32,000 bases of DNA from an uncultured Chloroflexia bacterium (GTDB lineage: Bacteria; Chloroflexota; Anaerolineae; Anaerolineales; Anaerolineaceae), in the NCBI GenBank assembly GCA_963704755.1, contig OY969938.1, positions 1,170,001-1,202,000 on the forward strand, in the 5' to 3' direction. This document shows, piece by piece, positions 25,262 through 32,000 of the stretch. How positions within the stretch are numbered: the first letter of the stretch is position 1; each line of letters starts with the position of its first letter. The notes under the pieces are model-generated. The model had not been told where the DNA came from and did no database searches. It worked only from the letters and a program-made list of their open reading frames with translations. Made by a program: the position numbers and the translations under genes.

Positions 25262-25400
25262 ACGGAATAAGGAAGGAAGGGGATGAGGCAACGAGGCAAT
25301 GAGGGAATGAGGAAAGGCGCGGTTGGGTTGCGGACTCGATTGCGGGATAGGTTCATTTAGCGGAGGTTTGATCACGACGGGCCTTGCCCGCAACCCGATC
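25262..25400. repeat. Family-2 composite: purine-rich tract with GAGGCAA/ATGAGG direct repeats plus a GGGTTGCGG/CCGCAACCC hairpin
   Basis: The purine-rich tract runs 25266-25318. The 13-bp stem is at 25321-25333 / 25388-25400. gtacacggaa (25258-25267) is the reverse complement of ttccgtgtac-like sequence at 14439-14453. Confidence 0.65.
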
Positions 25401-25586
25401 TCTTCGGAAATGCCAATATTGAAGATCGAACTCGATGGATGCCCAATGGATGGAATGGCCGGCGCTGGCCCTCACTCCAACCCCACTCCCAGAAACGGGA
25501 GACGGGCTAAGAATGGTGGGCTTCGGGCAAAATCCGGAATACCAACCACATGAATTATTTCCCCGGCGATCTCAATGAGCCCTCCA

Positions 25587-25645
25587 CCCACCCTACATGC
25601 TCCGTTGCCTCATTGCCTTATCCTTTCTTTCCTCTCTTCTCCCCC
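25587..25645. repeat. Family-2 pyrimidine-rich arm, inverted relative to 25266-25318
   Basis: Sequence is cccaccctacat + ccgttgcctcattgcc + tcctttctttcctctcttctcc. It shares the 12-mer CCCA[A/C]CCTACAT with 14419-14430. Confidence 0.6.
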
Positions 25646-25687
25646 TTTTAGAGTATACTTTCCCCATCAATTTACCCGTAAAGGACT

Positions 25688-26422
25688 ATGCACGAATTGG
25701 AAAAGAAATACGACCACCGCGCGTATCGCTATTTTGACTGGGTGATGGCCCTGTTCGTTACCGTTTTGATTACCAGTAATATTGCCTCGTCTGCCAAGAT
25801 TATCGATTGGGGTGTTTCGATTTTCGGAATCCGCCTGGCGTTTGACGGCGGAACGATCCTCTTCCCGATCAGCTACATTTTTGGCGACGTGTTGACCGAA
25901 GTATACGGCTTTCGCAAGGCCCGCCGGGTGATTTGGACCGGTTTCGCCATGCTGACCCTGTCAGCGGTGGTGCTCTGGCTCGTGCGCATCATGCCGGCCG
26001 ATGCGAGCTGGCAAAGTTATGCCGGCCAGGGGGCTTACGACGCCATCCTGGGCGGCATGAGCTCGGGCGGGATCGTGCTGGCCTCGCTGACCGCTTACCT
26101 GGTCGGTGAATTCAGCAATTCGGTCGTGCTGGCCCGCATGAAGGTGGCCACTCGCGGGCGCTTCCTGTGGATGCGCACTATCGGCAGCACCCTGGTCGGT
26201 GAAGGTGTGGACAGCATCATCTTCGTGTTCATCGCTACACTGGCCGGTGTTTTCCCCTGGGAAATCTTCACCTCGCTGGTCCTGACCAACTACATCTTCA
26301 AATGCAGCATCGAAGCGATCATGACCCCGGTCACCTACCGGATCGTCAACGTGCTGAAACGGGTCGAAAACGAAGACTACTACGACACAGACACGAAATT
26401 TACGCCGTTTGCGGTGGAATGA
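25688..26422 (+). CDS. yhhQ: Queuosine-precursor (preQ0/preQ1) transporter, VUT/DUF165 family
   Basis: 244 aa. Characteristic N-terminal blocks are SNIASSAKII, then FDGGTILFPISYIFGDVLTEVYGFRKARRVIW, with six TM segments. Confidence 0.85.
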   Translation: MHELEKKYDHRAYRYFDWVMALFVTVLITSNIASSAKIIDWGVSIFGIRLAFDGGTILFPISYIFGDVLTEVYGFRKARRVIWTGFAMLTLSAVVLWLVRIMPADASWQSYAGQGAYDAILGGMSSGGIVLASLTAYLVGEFSNSVVLARMKVATRGRFLWMRTIGSTLVGEGVDSIIFVFIATLAGVFPWEIFTSLVLTNYIFKCSIEAIMTPVTYRIVNVLKRVENEDYYDTDTKFTPFAVE

Positions 26423-26672
26423 AGAGAGAATAGAGATTGGAGAAAAGAGATTGGAGAAAAGAGAATAGTTCTTTTCTCGTTTGGGCCAGTCTCCTGACCG
26501 GGCCTGTTTATTAAGCCCAAAAAATAGAGAGTAGTTCGTGGTGTGATAATGCAACGAAGGAATGCGAATTTCCCTCGTTGCCTTGTCGACTTAGTGCCTG
26601 GACCTGAATACAGGTTACTAATTTCTACTCTCCAGTCACTTCTCACTTTTTTCTATTCTCTATTCTCTTCCT
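26421..26672. repeat. Family-2 nested palindromic element filling the yhhQ/rsmI convergent gap
   Basis: Outer inverted repeats are gaagagagaatagaga (26421-26436) and ttctattctctattctcttcc (26651-26671). A tandem 14-mer agattggagaaaag x2 lies at 26434-26461. Inner inverted repeats are atagagagtag / ctactctcc. The central hairpin is gcaacgaagg / ccctcgttgc (26551-26581). Confidence 0.7.
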
Positions 26673-27325
26673 TTTATCACCACCACATACTCCCCCCGAA
26701 TAGGCTCAGTTTTGAAGGTCTCGATCAGCTCACTCAGGCTGGCGCGATAGACCGTCTCGAATTTTTTGGTCAGGTCGTTGGCCACGGCGGCCGGGCGGTC
26801 GCCGTAGACGGCCAGGGCATCGGCCAAAAAGGCCTGCAAACGGTGCGGGCTTTCGTAGAAGATCAGGGTATGGGGCGATTCCTGGTCCACGGCAAAGAAG
26901 CGTTGGCGGGTGCCTGATTTGCGCGGCGGGAATCCGCGGAAAGTGAAGCTATGCACCGGCAGGCCGGAGAGGATCAGCGCCATGATCAAGGCGGTTGGGC
27001 CGGGCACGGCCGACATAGGCAGTCCGGCTTGCAGTACGCTGCGCACCAACACGTAGCCGGGGTCCGAGACCGAGGGAGTACCGGCGTCGGTCACCAGCGC
27101 GACGGATTTGCCCTCTTGCAACAAATCCATCACCTTGGGCAGCGCGCGTTCCTCGTTGTCTTCGCGAAACGAGATTTGCGGTTTATGGATATCGAAATTC
27201 TTCAGCAAGAAGCCCGTTTTACGGGTATCCTCGCTGACCACGACGTCTGCGGCTTTCAGCGTCTCCAGGGCGCGTTGTGAAATATCGCCCAGGTTACCAA
27301 TGGGGGTAGAGACCAGATTAAGCAT
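26660..27325 (-). CDS. rsmI: 16S rRNA (cytidine1402-2'-O)-methyltransferase
   Basis: N-terminus is [33 protein letters not shown] tetrapyrrole-methylase-fold body follows and ends [11 protein letters not shown]. Confidence 0.9.
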   Translation of the reverse strand: MLNLVSTPIGNLGDISQRALETLKAADVVVSEDTRKTGFLLKNFDIHKPQISFREDNEERALPKVMDLLQEGKSVALVTDAGTPSVSDPGYVLVRSVLQAGLPMSAVPGPTALIMALILSGLPVHSFTFRGFPPRKSGTRQRFFAVDQESPHTLIFYESPHRLQAFLADALAVYGDRPAAVANDLTKKFETVYRASLSELIETFKTEPIRGEYVVVIKGRE

Positions 27326-27337
27326 CGGCTTGGTTGG

Positions 27338-28141
27338 CTAATCGATCTTGATGTCGGCCAGGCCTTCGGCCGGGGCCGGATACTTCATATCCAGTTTCTT
27401 CAGCGCATCGACCAGCACATTGGCCACCACCAGGTTGCGGTACCACTTTTTATTCGAGGGGACGACATACCAGGGAGCAACCTCTGTGCTGGTTTTATTC
27501 AAAACGTCCTCGTAGGCAGCCAGGTAATCATCCCACAGCTCGCGTTCTTTCAAATCAGCCGGGTTGAATTTCCACTGCTTGCTGGAATCGTCCAGGCGAG
27601 CCTGCAAGCGTTCCTTTTGCTCTTTTTTATCGATATGCAGGAAAAACTTCAGGATCAGGGTGCCTTCCTCGCTCAACATGCGCTCGAAATGGTTGATCTC
27701 CTCGTAGCGCTTCTTCCAGATCTTCTCCGGCACCAGTCCGTGTACCCGCACGACCAGAACGTCCTCGTAATGGCTGCGGTTGAAAATGACAATTTCCCCT
27801 TTTTGGGGGGTCTGCTTGTGGATCCGCCAGAGAAAGTCGTGGGCTGCCTCTTCCGGCGTAGGCACCTTAAAACTGGCTACACGCACACCCTGTGGGTTGA
27901 CCCCCTCGAAAACATGGCGGATCGTCCCATCCTTCCCGCTGGTATCCATCCCCTGCAAAACGACCAGAATTTTATGCTTGCCTTCGGCATAAAGCAACTC
28001 TTGCAATGTGTCAAGCTGGCTATCCAGCTCTAACAAAGCCTGCTTTCCCTTATCCTTGTCTTTCGTATACTCGCCGGTATCCTCCGGATCGAAATCCTGC
28101 AAGTGTATCTTCTGGTCGGGCTTTACCAGATAACGATTCAT
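27338..28141 (-). CDS. ppk2: Polyphosphate kinase 2 family (polyphosphate:nucleotide phosphotransferase)
   Basis: Walker A-like LQGMDTSGKDGTI. The blocks FLWRIH, IFNRSHYEDVLVVRVH and the lid region are collinear with single-domain PPK2 (267 aa). Confidence 0.9.
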   Translation of the reverse strand: MNRYLVKPDQKIHLQDFDPEDTGEYTKDKDKGKQALLELDSQLDTLQELLYAEGKHKILVVLQGMDTSGKDGTIRHVFEGVNPQGVRVASFKVPTPEEAAHDFLWRIHKQTPQKGEIVIFNRSHYEDVLVVRVHGLVPEKIWKKRYEEINHFERMLSEEGTLILKFFLHIDKKEQKERLQARLDDSSKQWKFNPADLKERELWDDYLAAYEDVLNKTSTEVAPWYVVPSNKKWYRNLVVANVLVDALKKLDMKYPAPAEGLADIKID

Positions 28142-28227
28142 ATTTGTTCCTCCTTCCAGACCATCAGGGCTACACAGTTTTCAACAATTATAGCCGCTTC
28201 TGGAAGGATCTCCTGGCATCCTACAAG

Positions 28228-28306
28228 ATTTGAAGTGAATGCGTGGGCTTCGCCCCCGCATTCACTTCAATTTCGGGAATTTTTTAACAGGAGTCCGGGG
28301 CGCTAC
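28228..28306. repeat. Family-1 palindromic element, copy H
   Basis: Arms are ttgaagtgaatgcg (28230-28243) and cgcattcacttcaa (28257-28270), plus ggg/ccc at the apex. The conserved tail is tttcgggaattttttaacaggagtccgggg. Confidence 0.75.
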
Positions 28307-28324
28307 AAAAATTCTTTACACCTT

Positions 28325-29074
28325 TCACGACCTGGCCACAAAGTTCATCGTCAAAACAGCCTTATCTTCGGTATTCAACATCCCCAGGATAGAAATTGGT
28401 CCTACCCCAAAATCGCTCAAAGAGATTGTCGTGGTCGCCGTGCCGGTGAGGGTATTCCCTTGCAGGCTGGCTGTTACATCGAAAGTGACCTCGCGCGTGG
28501 TCTGGTGAACGGTTAAATTACCGGTCACTGTGAAGTCATAGGATTGGCCATCGACGTAGCTGTCCGGCAGTCCCGTGATCTTGGTCGGATCGAAGACCGC
28601 CATGGGGTATTTCGCCGATTCCAAATAATCATTGCGGATACGCTGGTCGCGCATCCCGCTATCCGACTTGAACTGGCTGATATCTACCTGGATTTCGCCA
28701 ATGGTGCTGGCGGGCGGGTTGGCCATGTTGGCCTGAATTTCGCCGCTGACCTTGCCGGTCGTCCCGACCGCCAGGTTGAAGGCGTTATTCTTGTTGATGA
28801 ACGTCTCCCCCACCTGATACGACACGGTCAACTCATCCGGTACGATTGTAAACACGACCACCCCACCCGCGGTGGTCGCGGCCGGCGTGGCGGCCGAACT
28901 GCCGGCCACCTCCGGGGTCGTGTTGGTTACGCTGGTATGTTCTGGCGCCACAGTGGGCGTCGATCCGGCCGGCGAAGGCGTGTCCACCGCAGGTGTGGCC
29001 CCCGTTGCGGCCGGCGTTGAACAAGCCGCCAGTGCGAAACTGAATATCAATAATGTCGGCAGCAGAAATTTCAT
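28325..29074 (-). CDS. YceI-like lipoprotein (polyisoprenoid-binding beta-barrel family)
   Basis: ATG 29074 is preceded by GGAG; the track's 29089 start is a TTG. The lipobox is MKFLLPTLLIFSFALAAC. A Thr/Pro/Ala linker follows. YceI blocks are SQFKSDSGMRDQRIRNDYLESAKYP and LTVHQTTREVTF. Confidence 0.85.
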   Translation of the reverse strand: MKFLLPTLLIFSFALAACSTPAATGATPAVDTPSPAGSTPTVAPEHTSVTNTTPEVAGSSAATPAATTAGGVVVFTIVPDELTVSYQVGETFINKNNAFNLAVGTTGKVSGEIQANMANPPASTIGEIQVDISQFKSDSGMRDQRIRNDYLESAKYPMAVFDPTKITGLPDSYVDGQSYDFTVTGNLTVHQTTREVTFDVTASLQGNTLTGTATTTISLSDFGVGPISILGMLNTEDKAVLTMNFVARS

Positions 29075-29161
29075 TCTCTGGATCTCCAAATCTTGTTGTA
29101 GGTCGAGACCGGCGAGCCCTGTCTCGAATGGTCGTAAATAATTGATATAGTTTATCCAATA

Positions 29162-29185
29162 ACATTAAATGTTACATTAAATGTG
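29162..29185. promoter_or_regulatory. Tandem 12-bp near-palindromic direct repeat upstream of the yceI-like gene (candidate operator)
   Basis: acattaaatgtt (29162-29173) and acattaaatgtg (29174-29185). Each unit is an ACATT-N-AATGT palindrome, about 90-110 nt upstream of the start. Confidence 0.3.
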
Positions 29186-29296
29186 ACAGCTCAGCTACCG
29201 CAAAAAAAGAGAGGTGTTTTTATTGTTTTTCGCGTTCGAAATCGCGCGAAAAACAATAAAAACACCCCTAATTTCCGAACTAACCAGGGTAGTAAC
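29184..29296. repeat. Family-1 palindromic element, copy D
   Basis: Perfect 22-bp arms ggtgtttttattgtttttcgcg (29213-29234) and 29245-29266. The flanks gacagctcagctaccgcaaaaaaagagagg and ctaatttccgaactaaccagggtagtaac parallel those of copy B. Confidence 0.85.
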
Positions 29297-29334
29297 TATT
29301 AAATATAGCCATCCTGTCCAAATCGTAAACGATC

Positions 29335-29432
29335 AGCCTGACAGGCAAGAATTCCGAATTTGATATTTCTGCGGGAGCTTCGCTCCCGCAGAAATATCAA
29401 ATTCGGAGAAAATTACCCTTAAGGACGAAAAA
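29335..29432. repeat. Family-1 palindromic element, copy I, abutting the recR stop
   Basis: Perfect 25-bp arms ccgaatttgatatttctgcgggagc (29354-29378) and 29382-29406, with loop ttc. The left flank cagcctgacaggcaagaatt parallels the right flank of copy F. Confidence 0.85.
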
Positions 29433-30038
29433 CTACAAATCCTGGCGACCGGCCAGCGCCCGCAGCAGCGTATTTTGATCTGCATATTCCAGGTCTCCCC
29501 CCACAGGCAGACCCCGCGCCAGGCGGGTAATGCGCACCCCAAATGGAGTCAACTGCTGCTGCAAATATAAAGCGGTCGCGTCCCCTTCCATGCTGGGATT
29601 GGTAGCCAGAATCACTTCCTTAACGTTACCAGTTCGTACCCGCTCCACCAGCGGCTTGATTTTCAGGTCGTCTGGCCCAATCCCTTCGATCGGTGAAAGC
29701 ACCCCGTTCAATACGTGGTAGCGCCCAAAAAAGCCGGCCGTGCGCTCCAGGGCCAGCACATCCAGCGGCTCTTCGACAACACATAATACGGCTTCGTCTC
29801 GCTGTGGGTTCGCACAAATCTCGCACAAATTCTGCCCGGCCTGGGTGATATTAAAACACTGCTGGCAGATCCCGGTCGCCGTTTTCAAAGCGTGCAGCGC
29901 ATCGGCCAGCAGTTGCGAGACCTCATCCGGCGCCCGCAGTAAATAGAAAGTCAGCCGGGAGGCCGTTTTGGGGCCAATCCCAGGCAGGCGCTCGAACGCC
30001 AGGGTTAAATTTTGTACGGCTTCAGGCAATACTGCCAT
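29433..30038 (-). CDS. recR: Recombination protein RecR
   Basis: Helix-hairpin-helix LPGIGPKTASRLTFYLL. The zinc-finger Cys set is CQQCFN...CEICAN. A Toprim region VVEEPLDVLALE follows. 201 aa. Confidence 0.95.
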   Translation of the reverse strand: MAVLPEAVQNLTLAFERLPGIGPKTASRLTFYLLRAPDEVSQLLADALHALKTATGICQQCFNITQAGQNLCEICANPQRDEAVLCVVEEPLDVLALERTAGFFGRYHVLNGVLSPIEGIGPDDLKIKPLVERVRTGNVKEVILATNPSMEGDATALYLQQQLTPFGVRITRLARGLPVGGDLEYADQNTLLRALAGRQDL

Positions 30039-30056
30039 ATATGCTCACGCTTCCGG

Positions 30057-30410
30057 CTAAAGGCCCATTCCGGAAAGACCACCGGCTAACGGGCCCATTT
30101 TTTCTTCGGCTAATTTTCGCGATTGATCCAAAGCCATATTGACCCCGCTCAGGATCAGGTCCTGGAGCATTTCGGCGTCCGCATCTTTGAGCATATCCGG
30201 ATCGATCTCGATCCCTTTGCACACTTGCGCGCCGGTCATGGTCACTTTGACTGCCCCGCCACCCACCGATGCTGTGACGGTCGCTACTTCCAACTCAGCC
30301 TGGGCTACTTCCATCTGCTCCTGCAGCTTGCAAATCTGCGACATCATCCCGCTGCCACCGCCCATTCCGCCCGGCATCATGCCACGGTTCATACCTTTAC
30401 CTTTTGCCAT
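30057..30410 (-). CDS. ybaB: YbaB/EbfC nucleoid-associated DNA-binding protein
   Basis: 117 aa. It has a Gly/Met-rich N-terminus, then QEQMEVAQAELE...VTASVGGGAVKVTMTG...IEIDP...DAEMLQDLILSGVNMAL. It holds the canonical position between dnaX and recR. Confidence 0.9.
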   Translation of the reverse strand: MAKGKGMNRGMMPGGMGGGSGMMSQICKLQEQMEVAQAELEVATVTASVGGGAVKVTMTGAQVCKGIEIDPDMLKDADAEMLQDLILSGVNMALDQSRKLAEEKMGPLAGGLSGMGL

Positions 30411-30424
30411 ACTATAAACCTCCT

Positions 30425-32000
30425 TTAATCTTTCTGGACGATCTTGCCGCCCAGGTTCAAAGCCGCGTTCACCATACCATCCGCATCCACGCCCAGGTCG
30501 GCCGGGTTTGAACTGTTCTTAGCCCCAACGACCACGCACTTGACTGCCACTTCTTTTCCCAAAACCTGGGAAATCGCGGATCGAGCTATCTTCAAATTAT
30601 CTTCCTTTTCCATCTTGGCGCTCAATACCTGGCTGGCAAACCCCAGGTGCAGCACTTCTTCGCGCATTGTAATCGATTTGCATGAATTGAGCAGACCTTC
30701 GGTGGTTTTATTTTGCAGTTTAACTGCCGCACGAATCCGATCCCAGTTATCCAGGATGTTTTGCAGGCTCACGCCCCCACCTGGCCTGGGCTCTGCCTGG
30801 GCAGCCGAGTCCGAGTCGGCGTGAGTAACCGGAACCTGGCTTTGTGCTGCGGAAAGGCCGGCTTGTTCTGCCGGCGGGTTGGCCTGCCCGGCTGGCGGAC
30901 TGGCTTGTTCTGTCGCGGCAGCTTTTTCCTGATGGGATTTTTGGACCTGGGGCTCGGGTGGCTGAGTCACCGCTGCTGGCCTGGGCCGGTTTTGAACTAT
31001 CGGCTGCCCGGTGGGAACAACCTCTTGCACCGGGCTGGTCACCGCAACAGCCTGCGGGCCGCGATAATCGACCGCCTGGGCAAAAGCCAGTTCCAGAGGC
31101 AATCCGGGCTGCCAGCCGCTGCGCACCTCACTGGCCGCGCCGTTGAACAACCGCAGGGTCTCCAAAAGATGCGGCATGTCGAACTCCTGGGCGTGTTTAG
31201 CGAGGCGGACTTTCTGTTCGGCAGTCGCCTCGACCAGGTCGGCATTGCCCATGCGGACCAGCAGCAGGTTACGCAGGTAATCCACCACCTGGCGGGCAAA
31301 TTGGCGCGGATCGGATCCGCTGTCGAGTGCAGTATGGATGCATTCCAATCCTGCTGCCGGCTCGCGCCGGATCACCGCCTCGATCAGGTCAACCACCATC
31401 TGACTGGTCGCAGTGCCCAACACCTGCTGAGCCACGGCCAGGTCAACCGCCTTGCCAGTCGAAGTCAACTGGTCGAGGAGAGAAATCGCATCACGCATGC
31501 TGCCGGTGGCCTGGCGGGCGATCAGGGTCAGCGCATCGGGTTCGACCTGCAAGCCTTCCTGCTCGCACAACTTGCCCAGGTAATTGACGATCGTCTGGAC
31601 AGGGATTTTACGGAATTCATGCCGCTGGCAGCGCGAGAGCACCGTCGCAGGTATTTTGTGGATCTCGGTGGTGGCCAGGATAAAAATGGCGTGAGAGGGC
31701 GGCTCTTCCAGGGTCTTCAATAAGGCATTGAAAGCCGCTGTGGAGAGCATGTGGACTTCGTCGATTATATAGACTTTAAATTGGCCCTGGCTGGGGGCAA
31801 AATTGATTTTTTCGCGCAGGTCGCGTACGTCGTCCACGCTGGTGTTGGAGGCCGCATCGATCTCGATCAGGTCCATGAAGCGGTTGTCATTGACGGCCAG
31901 GCAGTGCTCGCACTGATCACATGGGCGATTGGCCGGGTCCGGGTCCAGGCAGTTAACCGCCTTGGCCAACAGCCGGGCAGTTGTGGTCTTACCGGTGCCG
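30425..32000 (-). CDS. dnaX: DNA polymerase III subunit gamma/tau (5' end beyond the window)
   Basis: The reverse strand at the window edge encodes GTGKTTTARLLAKAVNC (Walker A). Then come the Zn module CDQCEHC, Walker B YIIDEVHML, sensor TTEIHKIPATVLSRCQ, and a Pro/Gln/Ala-rich tau-like linker. The frame is open to base 32000. Confidence 0.95.
   Translation of the reverse strand, partial: GTGKTTTARLLAKAVNCLDPDPANRPCDQCEHCLAVNDNRFMDLIEIDAASNTSVDDVRDLREKINFAPSQGQFKVYIIDEVHMLSTAAFNALLKTLEEPPSHAIFILATTEIHKIPATVLSRCQRHEFRKIPVQTIVNYLGKLCEQEGLQVEPDALTLIARQATGSMRDAISLLDQLTSTGKAVDLAVAQQVLGTATSQMVVDLIEAVIRREPAAGLECIHTALDSGSDPRQFARQVVDYLRNLLLVRMGNADLVEATAEQKVRLAKHAQEFDMPHLLETLRLFNGAASEVRSGWQPGLPLELAFAQAVDYRGPQAVAVTSPVQEVVPTGQPIVQNRPRPAAVTQPPEPQVQKSHQEKAAATEQASPPAGQANPPAEQAGLSAAQSQVPVTHADSDSAAQAEPRPGGGVSLQNILDNWDRIRAAVKLQNKTTEGLLNSCKSITMREEVLHLGFASQVLSAKMEKEDNLKIARSAISQVLGKEVAVKCVVVGAKNSSNPADLGVDADGMVNAALNLGGKIVQKD

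Noticed and set aside
25323-25553. 76-aa ORF in the adenosine-kinase / yhhQ intergenic region. ORFs 26380-26646(-) and 26543-26917(+) were also considered.
   Set aside because: They have no RBS and show low-complexity or odd composition. They span repeat-family-2 hairpins, or are antisense to rsmI.
25600-25687. Expected preQ1 riboswitch in front of the yhhQ-type queuosine-precursor transporter.
   Set aside because: I could not find the preQ1-I hallmarks (short P1 with GGTTC-type loop, ACCC, A-rich tail ending CTAAGG/CTAGGG overlapping the SD), nor anything resembling classes II or III by eye. The region is pyrimidine-rich repeat DNA. An Infernal scan is still worthwhile.
24748-28141. A functional nucleotide/polyphosphate cluster comprising the adenosine-kinase-like gene, yhhQ, rsmI and ppk2.
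   Set aside because: The genes lie on alternating strands and are separated by long repeat-filled gaps with independent signals. Adjacency alone does not support a shared system.
1757-29432. Whether the repeated hairpins could be a CRISPR array or arrays.
   Set aside because: The copies are scattered singly or in twos and threes across 28 kb, and their sequences are not identical. There is no regular repeat-spacer periodicity and there are no cas genes. CRISPR repeats are not 50-nt perfect palindromes.
30425-32000. Programmed ribosomal frameshift or transcriptional slippage site in dnaX (gamma versus tau).
   Set aside because: The only A-run in the linker region is caggaaaaagctg (about 30910-30925 on the reverse strand), with 5 A's. 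It has no A-AAA-AAG heptamer and no downstream stem-loop, so it is not convincing.

Overview
Bacterial chromosomal segment with mosaic base composition and about 26 credible protein-coding genes. I found no rRNA, tRNA, CRISPR array, transposase or integrase.

Housekeeping genes:
- dnaX-ybaB-recR (right edge), rsmI, ppk2 and lipA.
- pepT, a kimA-like K+ transporter and a yhhQ-type queuosine-precursor transporter.

Accessory-looking genes:
- An AT-rich two-gene island (DUF2188 protein plus a TIR-like/deoxyribosyltransferase-like protein).
- A markedly GC-rich two-gene block (GT-C-like membrane protein plus an orphan HerA/FtsK-type ATPase with a coiled-coil tail).
- A LacI-controlled sugar ABC importer.
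- An ABC-exporter pair and a CarH-type B12 photoreceptor regulator.

Most unusual signals:
1. Twelve intergenic copies of a dispersed family of long (up to 26 bp), mostly perfect palindromes. They share flanks and stem ends, but the stem interiors differ between copies.
2. A second repeat family of purine/pyrimidine-rich inverted and tandem repeats, linked to a GGGTTGCGG/CCGCAACCC hairpin.
3. A complete mono-haem cytochrome c-like module (CASCH ... PHM ... C-terminal helix) inserted in the periplasmic loop of a MalG-type sugar ABC permease.
4. A roughly 580 bp AT-rich, apparently structured non-coding region upstream of kimA. It does not visibly match the c-di-AMP riboswitch that controls kimA in Bacillus.

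All protein-family calls come from motif recognition by eye or memory. No database search was run.
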